Positions 14,861-34,868 of a stretch of DNA of 64,000 nucleotides are shown here, piece after piece. The notes below the pieces were generated by a model. It did no database searches. It saw nothing but the letters and a program-made list of their open reading frames with translations, and was not told the origin of the DNA. The stretch comes from the human T2T-CHM13v2.0 reference genome, Homo sapiens. The first letter of the stretch is position 1, and every line of letters begins with the position of its first letter. The DNA lies in NCBI RefSeq assembly GCF_009914755.1, contig NC_060943.1, one strand, 5' to 3'. Both the position numbers and the translations under genes were made by a program.

Positions 14861-15647
14861 CAAATAAAAAGTAGTTTACTTTTTAAACTGAACTGTATCA
14901 GTTTAGTTTACTCTTAAGTTCTTATAATTTTGAAAATGCAGTTGACACTTGTATGGCTTATGAAATTTTTGATAGTCTAACATTACTTGAATTGTTCAAA
15001 GAACAGTATATTTTAAATTAAGAAGAGTAAACTGTATGTGTTTGTTTCCTATATTTAAGGTTTAGAATCACAAATTACACTCCTGTTTATGATTTGAAAA
15101 CTTCAAAGTTTGGTTTTTCCATCTGTACATACACAGAACAGTGTTATCGTGCTGAAACATTTGTATCTTAAGATGGCAGTCACAGTTTCCATCTGTCTGG
15201 ATATATTTTGGACTTTTGCATGTTAAACATAAGAAAGAGACTTTTTGTTTTAGGTAATCTAAGACTGTTGTACACAAACTACAGATTACTGTAGGGTTCA
15301 GCAAACTATGTTTATAATGTGACATTAATATCTATTTTGATGTCTAAATCAAAACTTTTTTTAGAAATAATTTTTTTTTTACAAATATCTCCACAAATTC
15401 AGGTTTATTTTATAAAATGGCAGGATAGTAAAGAAATAGGTGGTTTGCCATAGTATATGAATACATGCACTTAATTAAAATACCAAATATTATAATCAAA
15501 ATTTAGATAGCAGATTTAAATAATTTCTTGATTTTTCACTACAGGATAGAAATTCACAAATATTTTATAAATCAAAGCTATTAGTATTAGGTTTTACTTA
15601 GTAGTAATATATATATATATTCTGGGTATTTAAAAAATATATATATA

Positions 15648-15849
15648 TTCTGGGTATTTGAAAACACCAAATTATTGATGAAAATGTCCATTTTGAACAA
15701 ATTATTGATCATATATATCATACATCATACATACATATCATATATGCAATCATACATTATCATATATGTATGATGTATAATATATGATCAAGAATTTGTT
15801 CAAAATGGGTATTTTTCATCAATAATTTGGTGTTTTCAAATACCCAGAA
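15648..15849. repeat. Long inverted repeat (hairpin/cruciform, ~85 bp arms)
   Basis: TTCTGGGTATTTGAAAACACCAAATTATTGATGAAAA... is the reverse complement of ...TTTTCATCAATAATTTGGTGTTTTCAAATACCCAGAA. Confidence 0.9.
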
Positions 15850-16598
15850 GTCTTGTTTTAATCAGATTAACTCTAAGAATAGTTTACTAATTTTATTTTT
15901 TATGGTGTGTTCAAAATTTGATAGTTTAATATGGATTGATGATGGGTAAACTAATCAATTTCTTTTCAAATCTCATAGGCCTATTACATTGTCAAGGATG
16001 TTATTAATAAAAATTCTTTCTTTTAATATTGTTTACAGGGATTTAGGTCTAGTCTAATCTGCTCAACCTGTTAATCAGTGTCAGCTGCCAGATTCCAACT
16101 CATTTTTAGTGTGCCTATGTGACTTTTTCTCCATAGTCTCTGAATTACATTTTGATTAGTTATTGGAATATCATATAGCACAGCTCATACATTTAAAACA
16201 AAACCACCAGGTAAAATGAGTTCTGGTTTAGTATAAAGAAGCTGTCACCAAGTTAGTGTTACATACATAGATGGATGTGGCTCAACAAGATTTTAGACAA
16301 AAAAATTTGAATTGAACTATGGCAACGTGTGTTGCTATGACTTAGCCTCTAGTGGGCTTATGAACAAAGACAAATTTCAGCAAATTTATCCAGTTGCTTT
16401 CAGTATCTCTAAAGATAGTATGTCAAGAATTCTCATGCTACTGTCTGAAAAAACAGATTCTTCTCTTATCTAAGAAATCAACTGGATATATTTTTATAAG
16501 CTTGTGCAAGAAAAAACTGCAATGCAGTACTAATAATTACAGACGATATAATGTGGAAAAGAATAATCTAGAATGTCAATTTCAATATGTAAGTATTT

Positions 16599-18323
<1,725 letters not shown>

Positions 18324-19060
18324 TAATTTTATAAATTTTATTGAACTCTGTTTCATGTATAAATCTCACAAAAAGACACTATCCAGTAGCTATTTCCCTG
18401 AGACTTTTCTGGGAATTTCTGTTGCTTGATTTCAAATCAACCTTATTAGAATCCTAGTCATTTTTGAAGCCCTAGATGTAATAAAAGAAAGAGGGCAGGA
18501 ATGAAACCAAGTTTCCCCAAACAGTCAATGTCTAATATATTTTGTTCCCCAAAATGACCCCAAAAACCACACAAGCTAAAAAACAGTGGGTTTGAAATTT
18601 AACCTACATTCAACAGTAGCAGAAAACCATATGTAAAAATCAGCAAAGTCATAACTTAGAAACATTCTGTTATTCCAGAAAAAATAATAAAATTCTTATT
18701 TTGGCATTTTTAAAAAAGAAAAAATACACTAAATATGACAAAATATACCAACTCACTTATATCTTTGAAATATGATTTTCTTTCTCCTAAGTATTTAATA
18801 TAATATTTAGACAAGACTTTCATGTATTATAGCTACCATGCATGAACTAAAATAGCCTTGGGGGAAATAATTTTTATTAATAATGAATATTGAGGCTCCA
18901 GAAATGTAAAATGATTTATCTTGGATACACAGCTAGTGACCCAAATGAAGCTCAAATATGTTTGATTTAAAAATTTTAATTTTGCCACTGTTGACAATGT
19001 TGACATAACAGCTAAATCTGAGCCTTAGAGTTGATAGTTGGGGAATAAATCAAGTACTAT

Positions 19061-19790
<730 letters not shown>

Positions 19791-19889
19791 TGAAGTATTT
19801 TAAAATGGAGGTTGAGAGCCTTGAGATTAAAGGTCAGATTTGATGGTCACTCCATACTCACCACTCCGATGATTCTGTATTTTGTTCTG

Positions 19890-19907
19890 ATCCTGGACAA
19901 GCTCCCA
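19890..19907 (-). promoter_or_regulatory. Primer binding site, tRNA-Pro
   Basis: Reverse complement TGGGAGCTTGTCCAGGAT, a 15/18 match to TGGGGGCTCGTCCGGGAT, 2 nt from the LTR end; GGTGAGT splice donor at ~19856-19862. Confidence 0.8.
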
Positions 19908-19909
19908 GA

Positions 19910-20515
19910 TGAAATGGCTGCACTGTCTGGGGTAAATACCTGGGGTCCATTGTCTAATGCCAGGAAAATGTATGACATAAACACACAGGAGGAGTGGGTT
20001 TAGGAGCAGAAAGTTTAATAGACAAAAAAGAAGAGAGAAAGCTTCCTCATGCTGAGAAAGCAGGTCACCCAGAAGAGTTTCTGGGTTTGGGGTAGAACAC
20101 GATTGATTTTGTAGAGAGGCTTGTGGAGGCAGTGATTGATTTACATAGGGCCCAGGGGTTTGGTTGACCAGGAGTGCCATTTACATAGCCAGTGAAAACA
20201 CTGGCTCCCCACCCTAGCCTTTTATTATGCAAATGCAGCTTCTACCTGGCTGTGACCATGACACCTACACACAGGGTGAAAAGGAAAAGAGGGGGAAGTT
20301 TCCATGTTGAAATATAACTGGCTTTTGGTACAGCTGCCTCTATTTACATATGCAACCCTCTAGCTTGCTTATAAGCTTGCAGTTTGACTTTTTAGGCTAC
20401 TTTCTGTTAGGAATAAAATGGTTTGGGGGCTGCTTTTTATTAAAGGAAAATTCCAGTGAGAACTCTTTTACCCACTTAAACTGCCTAAAACAGTTTCTTA
20501 ATAAATCCTGTATTA
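19910..20515 (-). mobile_element. 5' LTR of the PBS-Pro ERV (LTR9-like), inverted relative to the rest of the provirus
   Basis: ~605 bp, homologous to 13715-14667, preceded by GAGT (reverse complement at 20516-20519) and followed by the PBS. Confidence 0.82.
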
Positions 20516-21499
<984 letters not shown>

Positions 21500-21920
21500 T
21501 AGAACTTGCATATCTGACCCAATCACATTTTCATTCTCTTTTTCTTTTTGTTTTGCTTTTTCCTCTTAGATTGTGCTCTCCTGAAGTCAGATTGGGATAG
21601 GAGGTTTATAGGAAACTTCAGAAGTATCCACTTATCAGGAGTGTGTAAGGCGTTTATGTAGTTAGACTTCAAGTTTCATGAGAGTAGAGACCAAAACTTT
21701 CCTTTCTCTATTTTATTTTCTAAGGCTACCAAAAGGATGGCATATCATGTGTGCTCCACATACATTTATTGGTTAAAAGAATGAATACATATTCTTTGTA
21801 AACTGTGAAACTATGCAAATCAAGCCTTTATTATTTTTATTTTCTATAGTTTAGTTAATAAAATCAAATAGAAAATAATGAAGTGTAGAATGCAGAAAGC
21901 ACTATCGAAAGTTTAATGTT

Positions 21921-23334
21921 GCTCTCCCTATTCCTATTCCTATCCCTATCCCTATCCCTATCCCTATCCCTATCCCTATCCCTATCCCTCTCCACGGTCT
22001 CCCTCTGATGCCGAGCCGAAGCTGGACTGTACTGCTGCCATTTCTGCTCACTGCAACCTCCCTGCCTGATTCTCCTGCCTCAACCTGCCGAGTGCCTGCG
22101 ATTGCAGGCGTGCGCTGCCACGCCTGACTGGTTTTCATATTTTTTTGGTAGAGACGGGGTTTCGCTGTGTTGTCCGGGCTGGTCTCCAGCTCCTAACTGG
22201 GAGTGATCTGCCAGCCTCGGCCTCCCGAGGTGCCGGGATTGCAGTCGGAGTCTCATTCACTCAGTGCTCAATGGTGCCCAGGCTGGAGTGCAGTGGCGTG
22301 ATCTCGGCTCGCTACAACCTCCACCTCCCAGCCGCCTGCCTTGGCCTCCCAAAGTGCCGAGATTGCAGCCTCTGCCCAGCCGCCACCCCATCTGGGAAGT
22401 GAGGAGCGTCTCTGCCTGGCCGCCCATCGTCTGGGATGTGAGGAGCCCCTCTGCCCAGCTGCCCAGTCTGGGAAGTGAGGAGCGCCTCTTCCCGGCCGCC
22501 ATCCCGTCTAGGAAGTGAGGAGCGTCTCTGCCCGGCCGCCCCGTCTGAGAAGTGAGGAGCCCCTCCGCCCGGCAGCCGCCCCGTCTGGGAAGTGAGGAGC
22601 GTCTCCGCCTGGCAGCCGCCCCGTCCGGGAGGTGGGGGGTCAGCCCCTGCCCTGCCAGCCGCCCCGTCCGGGAGGGAGGTTGGGGGGGCCAGCCCCTGGC
22701 CGGCCAGCCGCCCCGTCCGGGAGGTGGGGGGGCGCCTCTGCCTGGCCGCCCCTTCTGGGAAGTGAGGTGCCCCTCTGCCCGGCCGCCACCCCATCTGGGA
22801 GGTGTACCCAACAGCTCATTGAGAACGGGCCATGATGACGATGGCGGTTTTGTCGAATAGAAAAGGGGGAAATGTGGGGAAAAGATTGAGAAATCAGATT
22901 GTTGCTGTGTCTGTGTGGAAAGAAGTAGACATAGGAGACTCCATTTTGTTCTGTACTAAGAAAAATTCTTCTGCCTTGGGATCCTGTTGATCTATGACCT
23001 TACCCCCAACCCTGTGCTCTCTGAAACATGTGCTGTGTCCACTCAGGGTTAAATGGATTAAGGGCGGTGCAAGATGTGCTTTGTTAAACAGATGCTTGAA
23101 GGCAGCATGCTCGTTAAGAGTCATCACCACTCCCTAATCTCAAGTACCCAGGGACACAAACACTGCGGAAGGCCCCAGGGCCCTCTGCCTAGGAAAACCA
23201 GAGACCTTTGTTCACATGTTTATCTGCTGACCTTCCCTCCACTATTGTCCTATGACCCTGCCAAATCCTCCTCTCTGAGAAACACCCAAGAATGATCAAT
23301 AAAAAAACTAAATAAATAAAAATTTAAAAAAAAA
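21921..23334 (+). mobile_element. Full-length SVA, older (B/C-like) subfamily, short VNTR
   Basis: Hexamer head, antisense Alu-like domain, VNTR, SINE-R, AATAAA and A tail; TSD GAAAGTTTAATGTT (21907-21920, 23335-23348). Confidence 0.93.
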
Positions 23335-23368
23335 GAAAGTTTAATGTTAACCCAGCACACATGGGTAA

Positions 23369-23740
<372 letters not shown>

Positions 23741-23889
23741 TGAAACCTGACTTCAGGAGAGCACAATTTAAGGGGAAATGGCAAAAAAAAAAAAAAAAAA
23801 AAGAAAGAAAAAGAAAAATGAAAATTTGATTCGGTCAGATCCGCAAGTTCTCCTCCATACTTTTTGTTTTTTTAGAAAATAATTCTTTC

Positions 23890-24790
23890 CTCTGCTGGTG
23901 CAGAGTGAGGCTAGCTGGGGGAGCCTGGGCCCCACTGTCCTCCCGGAGGTGGCAGTGGCCGATTTCTGCTCAGGCATGAGGGGCGCCGCCATGTCCTGGG
24001 CCTGAGGCTGCCCAGCCCAGCCCCTCCTCACTCCTTTGGACTCTTCCACGGTGTCTCCAGGCCCCTGCACCATCCTGTGTAACTCTCTGATGAAAGGCGA
24101 GGTGGCAGCATGAAGATGATGGGGGAACTGCCCCGCATGCCAAGGAAAGCTCGCCCAGCTGCACAAAATGCTCTGGTTGACATCGGGTTTCTGCGCACCA
24201 AGCTGCGCCATGACCAAGGGTTAGAGCCGAGGCGTCCACCGGCTGGGCCACCCCGGACGTGGGCGCTCCATCTGCTCCTGCGGTTCCTGCTGTGCTTGGC
24301 TAAGCCGTGGCTGGAACCGGCGCCCGCCAGAAGTGCAGGAGCCGCCCTGCCGGCAGAAAGAGGGCATGGTCGCTGAAAACCAGGCCCTGCTGACAAATCT
24401 CAGACGCCAGGAACAGAAGAACCACAAAAATGGACGGACCGTTGGAACACCTGAGGGTGAAGTTGTGCGAACTCCTCAAAGTGGAACAGCAAAGCAGCCA
24501 CCAGAGATGGACTAGAAAGATGAAAAATTAGCAGAAATCAAAGGCAGATGCTAAAGCAGTGCAAAACCGTTCACACAACGATAGAGACGGAATTGATGAA
24601 GAAGTTTGAGAAATGAATGACAGAAAGAAAGGACAGCAGTGACCATGGTAAGGTGCTGACGATTCTGGTCCACTGGATCCCATCATCCCTAGGGCAGTAA
24701 ATCTCATCACAGTCACCACTCAGCAAGTTACCACCGCAGCATTTCCTGTTTGTTCCAAAATGAATAAAAGTGATTCTCATCACAAGGGCA
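23890..24790 (+). pseudogene. MTDHP3: MTDH processed pseudogene (uninterrupted copy), followed by AT-rich UTR-like sequence
   Basis: IGFLRTKLRHDQGLEP and NGRTVGTPEGEVVRTPQSGTAKQPPEMD match MTDH LGFLRTELGLDLGLEP and NGRTVEVAEGEAVRTPQSVTAKQPPEID. Intronless, start codon degraded to GTG (24102), frameshifted. The parent gene call is secure; the pseudogene number is from recall. Confidence 0.85.
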
Positions 24791-26650
24791 AATACAGAGT
24801 AGTTTATTATTATTATTTTTAACTAAACTGTAGCGGTTTAGTTTACTTGTTCTATGTTCTTATAATTTTGAAAATACAGTTGACACTTGCATGACTTATG
24901 AAGTTTTTGATAGTCTAATGTCACTTGATGTTCCAAGAACAGTATATTTTAAATTAAGAAGAATAAACTGTATTTGTTTTATATATTTAAGGCTTACAGT
25001 CACAAATTTGAAAACTTCAAAGTCTGGTTTTCCATCTATTCATACATAAAACAGTGTAGCGTGCTGAAACATTTGTTTTTTTAAAGTGGCAGCCACAGTT
25101 CCTGTCTGTCTGGATATATTTTAAACTTTTGTGTGTTAAGCTTAACATAAGAGACTTCATTTTGTTTTAGGTAACCTAAGATTGTTGTACCCCCCCCCCC
25201 AAAAAACTTCACAGATTACTGTAGGGTTCAGCAAACTGTTTATATAATCTAACATTAGTATCTCTATTTTCTAATGTCTAGATTTTTTTTAGAAAAGATT
25301 GTTTTGTTTTTATTTTTGTTTTACAAATGTCTCCACAAATTCTGGCTTATTTTATAAAATAACAGAATACTAAAGAAATGGGTGCTTTGCCATACTATGT
25401 GGACACTGGCACTCAATGTCCAATGCCCACATTGGATATTTGGATAAAATACCAAATATCCAAATATTTTAATCAAAATTTAGTAAGTTTAAATAATTTG
25501 ATTTTTTCACTACAGTGATAGACATTCACAAATATTTCATATATTAAAGCTATCAGTGTTAGGTTTTACTTAGTAGTAATATATATATAAGATCAAGAAT
25601 CTATTTAAAATGGATATCTTTCATCAATAATTTGGTGCTTTCAAATACCCAGAAGTCTTGTTTTAATCATATTAAGTCTGAGAATAATTTACTAATTTCA
25701 TTTTTGGAATAATGTGTTCAAAATGTTCTAGTTTAACCTAGTGTTGATTGATGATGGGTAAACAAATCAATTTTTTTCAAATCTCATAGGTATATTATGT
25801 TATTGAAGATGTTTTCAATTAAAATTCTCCCTTTCAATATTGTTTACAGGAATGTAGGTCTAGTCCAATCTGCTCAACCTGTTAATCAGTGTCAGCTGCC
25901 AGATTCCAATTCGTTTTTAGTGTGCCTGTACTTTTCTTTCCATAACCTCTGAATTCATTTCTATTACTTATTTAAATGTTATATAATAAAGCTCATATAT
26001 TTAAAACAAAACCAGCAGGTAAAATGAGTTCTGGCTTAGAATAAAGAAGCTGTTACCGAGTTACATATACAGATGCATGCAGCTCAACAAAATTTTAGAC
26101 AAAAAGTATTGGACTGAACTATAACATGTGTTGCTATGACTAAGGCTCTAATGACCTTAAGAATAAAGACAAATTTCAGCAAATTTATCCAGTTGCTTTC
26201 AGTACATGTAAAGGTAGTACATCAAGAATTCTCATGCTACTGCCTGAGAAAACAGATTCTACTGTTACCTAATAAATCAAAATCAACTGGATGGCGTTTC
26301 TATAACCTTGCACCAGGTAAAGAAAAACTGCAATGGAGGACTAATTAACGCAGACTCCATCATAAGGAAAAGGGTAATCCAGAATGTCACTTTCAATATT
26401 TAAGTATTTAAATTTTTAGTTGAAAATGTGGTGAAATAGTGCTTTTGGTAAGCTTTGTGTAGTTGAACATCAGCATTAAGTAGAAAAAAATCTTTAAAAA
26501 TGTAAACAAACAAAACCATACACCAAAAAAACTAACTTGACCAGTGTGTACATATTGATCTTTGTGTTGGTAGAGTCTAAAGCAGAACATTTGGTGAACT
26601 TGATACAATTATTTTGATCACATTGGCATACCAATAAAATCACTTATATT

Positions 26651-26945
26651 GGGTCAGGTGCGGTGGCTCACACCTGTGATCCCAGCACTTTGGGAGGCCA
26701 AGGTTGGGCGGATCATGAGGTCAGGAGTTTGAGACCAGCCTGACCAACATAGTGAAACACCGTCTCTACTAAAAATACAAAGATTAGTTGGGTGTGGTGG
26801 TGCACACCTGTAATCCCAGCTACTCAGGAGTGAGGGTGAGGCAGGAGAATCCCTTGAACCCAGGAGGTGGAGGTTGCAGTGAGCCAAGATCCTGCCACTG
26901 CACTCCAGCCTGGGTGGCAGAGCGAGACTCCATCTTAAAAAAAAA
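26651..26945 (+). mobile_element. Arm-specific Alu
   Basis: Alu dimer absent from the paralogous site near 17140. Confidence 0.88.
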
Positions 26946-28244
26946 TTATTTATATTCAGTTTGAATAAAACATTTTCACATCTTAAAAATACTGCTTTGT
27001 ACTTAGTATGAACAATAAATGTAAAGTCTTTATCCTCAAACGGATTCTGATTGTCAACTCAATACATATGGCAACCCATTTCTCTGGTTTATCCAAACTG
27101 AAGTCTTGTGAAGGCTCAAATATAGAATGAGAGGGACTCAACAACAGAGCATGAGAAGCAAGAAGGATGGGGTAGGATGATCAGCCCTAAGGCTCAGGGA
27201 TTCCTGGGGACCCCAATATAATGACATCAACTATGAAGCTTACTAACTGAAAATAAGCATAAGCAGCTGAAAACTCCATGGCTTGCTTTGGTGGGAAGGA
27301 GTCTCTGGAATTAGAGTCATGCCAAAAGGATTGAGCCAGAATGACACGTCTCTAAGGATTATTAGGGGGGACTGTTCATAAGCACATAAACATTTGTTCC
27401 AAATCTTATTACAGTAGCAATATCCTTTTCTGTAATATCAGCTTCCCCAACGTACGGTTGCCATAGACAAACTAAGACAAGTGCCTAATATGTTGTAGGC
27501 AATTAGTTTCTAAATTTAAAAAACTTGCAATAATTTTATGAATTTCATTAAACTCTGTTTCATGTATAAATCTCACTGAAAGGCAGTATCCAGTAGCTAT
27601 TTTCCTTAGTCCTTTCTGGGATTTTCTGTTGCTTGATTCCAAACCAACCTTAATTTAATCCTAGTCATTTCTAAATCCCCAGATGGAATAACAGAAAGAC
27701 AGCAGAAATGAACCCAAGTTACCCCAAACAGTCAACATCTAACATATTTTGTTCCCCAAATGAACAAAAAATCACACAAGCTAAAAAACAGTGGGTTTAA
27801 AATTTAACCCAAATTTAACAGTAGCAGTTTTACCATATGTAAAAATTAGCAAAGTCATAACTTAGATACCCATAGTCCGTTATTCTAGAAAAAATTAATA
27901 CAATTATGACTTTTTTAGAAAAGAATAAATATGACAAAATATACCCGCTCATATCTTTGAAATATGAATGATTTTTTCTTTTAATATTTAATACTTAGAC
28001 AAGTATTATAGCTATCATTCATGAATTAAAGTAGCCTTAGGGGAAATAGTGTTTTATATTAATAATGAAGATTGAAGCTCCAGGGATGTCAAATAATTTC
28101 TCTTGGATACACAGCTAGTGACCCAACAAGCTCAAATATGTTTGATTTAAAAATTTTGACTTTTCCACTGTTGACATTGTTGACATAACAGCTAAATCTG
28201 AGTCTCAGGGTTGATAATTTAGAATAAATCAAGACAAGTACTAT

Positions 28245-28843
28245 TGAGGCAGGCTAGGTAGTCAAGAAAGTGACGATGTCCTCGGGATGCAGCAACCACA
28301 GCAATTGCATGCTGACTGCATATTGTCAACACGATAAGCCCCAGCATTTACACTGTATTTCAGCCATTCAAGCAAAGCTCTCTTCAGTAGGGAAATTCCC
28401 CTGTAGAGAACATGCACATTTTGATTTTACTTGTCCTCTAACTGACCTTTTACTCATTATAATAGTAAAAAATAAACACGTGTGTGAAGATTTAAGATGT
28501 TAATGAGATATGTGACATATAAGCATGTACAGCCACTGTGTCTGTGCACCAAAAGGACCACCCAGAGCATGCTTACTAACACCTCTTCCCGTCTCCTTGT
28601 AAATAATTACGTAAGACTCCCATAACTGAGTCTCCCTAGTTCCAGTCTTTGCTGTCTCATTCTTACAGCAGCCTGCCCTGAATTCCTCCTCTCTCAGCGA
28701 GTACTGGCTATTCTTTACCTAACTTTTAAAATAGTATTTCTACTTTGCAATAAATCACTCTATGCTGCATCTTCATTGTTTTGTGTCTCTTGTTTAAATT
28801 TTTTGAAAGTGAGAAGAATCGAGGTCTCACACAGCCATCAACA
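28245..28843 (+). mobile_element. ERV1 solo LTR (MER41E-like)
   Basis: TG...CA termini, 4 bp TSD CTAT (28241-28244, 28844-28847), internal AATAAA. Confidence 0.8.
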
Positions 28844-28931
28844 CTATCATGCTTTGTTTTGTATTCTTTATTATTTCTTTCTCTGATATGTCACCATTCA
28901 TATTTTAAACCCAGACAACGCTGCTAAATTA

Positions 28932-34235
<5,304 letters not shown>

Positions 34236-34294
34236 TTAAGTTTTTAAAGCTTTATAGAAGGATAACAATGTGTCAAATACTGTCCATGTTTTTG

Positions 34295-34650
34295 TCATAA
34301 TCTTGGTTGAATAGTATCAAAATATATAGTTTTTGTTTTTGGTTGAATAGTATCAAGATATATAGTTTTTGTGTTTTTATCATTTAATTTGTCAGTCATA
34401 ACCGTAGGAACTCCGATATTTAACAGTATGTTCTGGACCCAGCACATTGCATGGAAGAAGCTTATGTCCTTTAGGATTTTTACTTTAAGCTCCGGGCACC
34501 TGGAGTTTCTGGTGCTGATGGTAATGGTATGAAAGACACTCAAAGAGCAGGTGTTGCTTATGGTCCCATGACTGGCCACTCTGTGAACACAGTAAACTAG
34601 TTTGCATGCAAAGTAACAGAAAATGTTTTAATCCAAATGCTGTCATGATG
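34295..34650 (-). pseudogene. VN1R84P: Vomeronasal type-1 receptor pseudogene fragment
   Basis: Translation MTAFGLKHFL..CKLVYCVHRVASHGTISNTCSLSVFHTITISTRNSRCPELKVK..CWVQNILLNI matches the V1R signature TCLLSVFQAITISPRNSRWAELKVK. The family call is secure; the symbol is from recall. Confidence 0.8.
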
Positions 34651-34868
34651 CCCAAAATTTATCCAGAAAAAATGACTAAGGAGTTGCCTGCATTTCAGGG
34701 ACAGAAAATAAAAACTGTAGACTAAACTTCACCCACTTAAAAAATTATATGAGAAATTCCTCCAAATTGTAATATCAATATGGAAAAGCAATATTCTTTT
34801 AAGTTTCAAATTCACAGAGCTCATTATTTTGTAGCCTTTAGCATTCACTTAAAAATTATATGTGTTAT

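Noticed and set aside
22880-23300. HERV-K provirus
   Set aside because: The HERV-K-like sequence is only the SINE-R domain of the SVA elements.
24110-24515. Functional short MTDH-like protein
   Set aside because: The native ATG is degraded to GTG and homology is spread over several frames.
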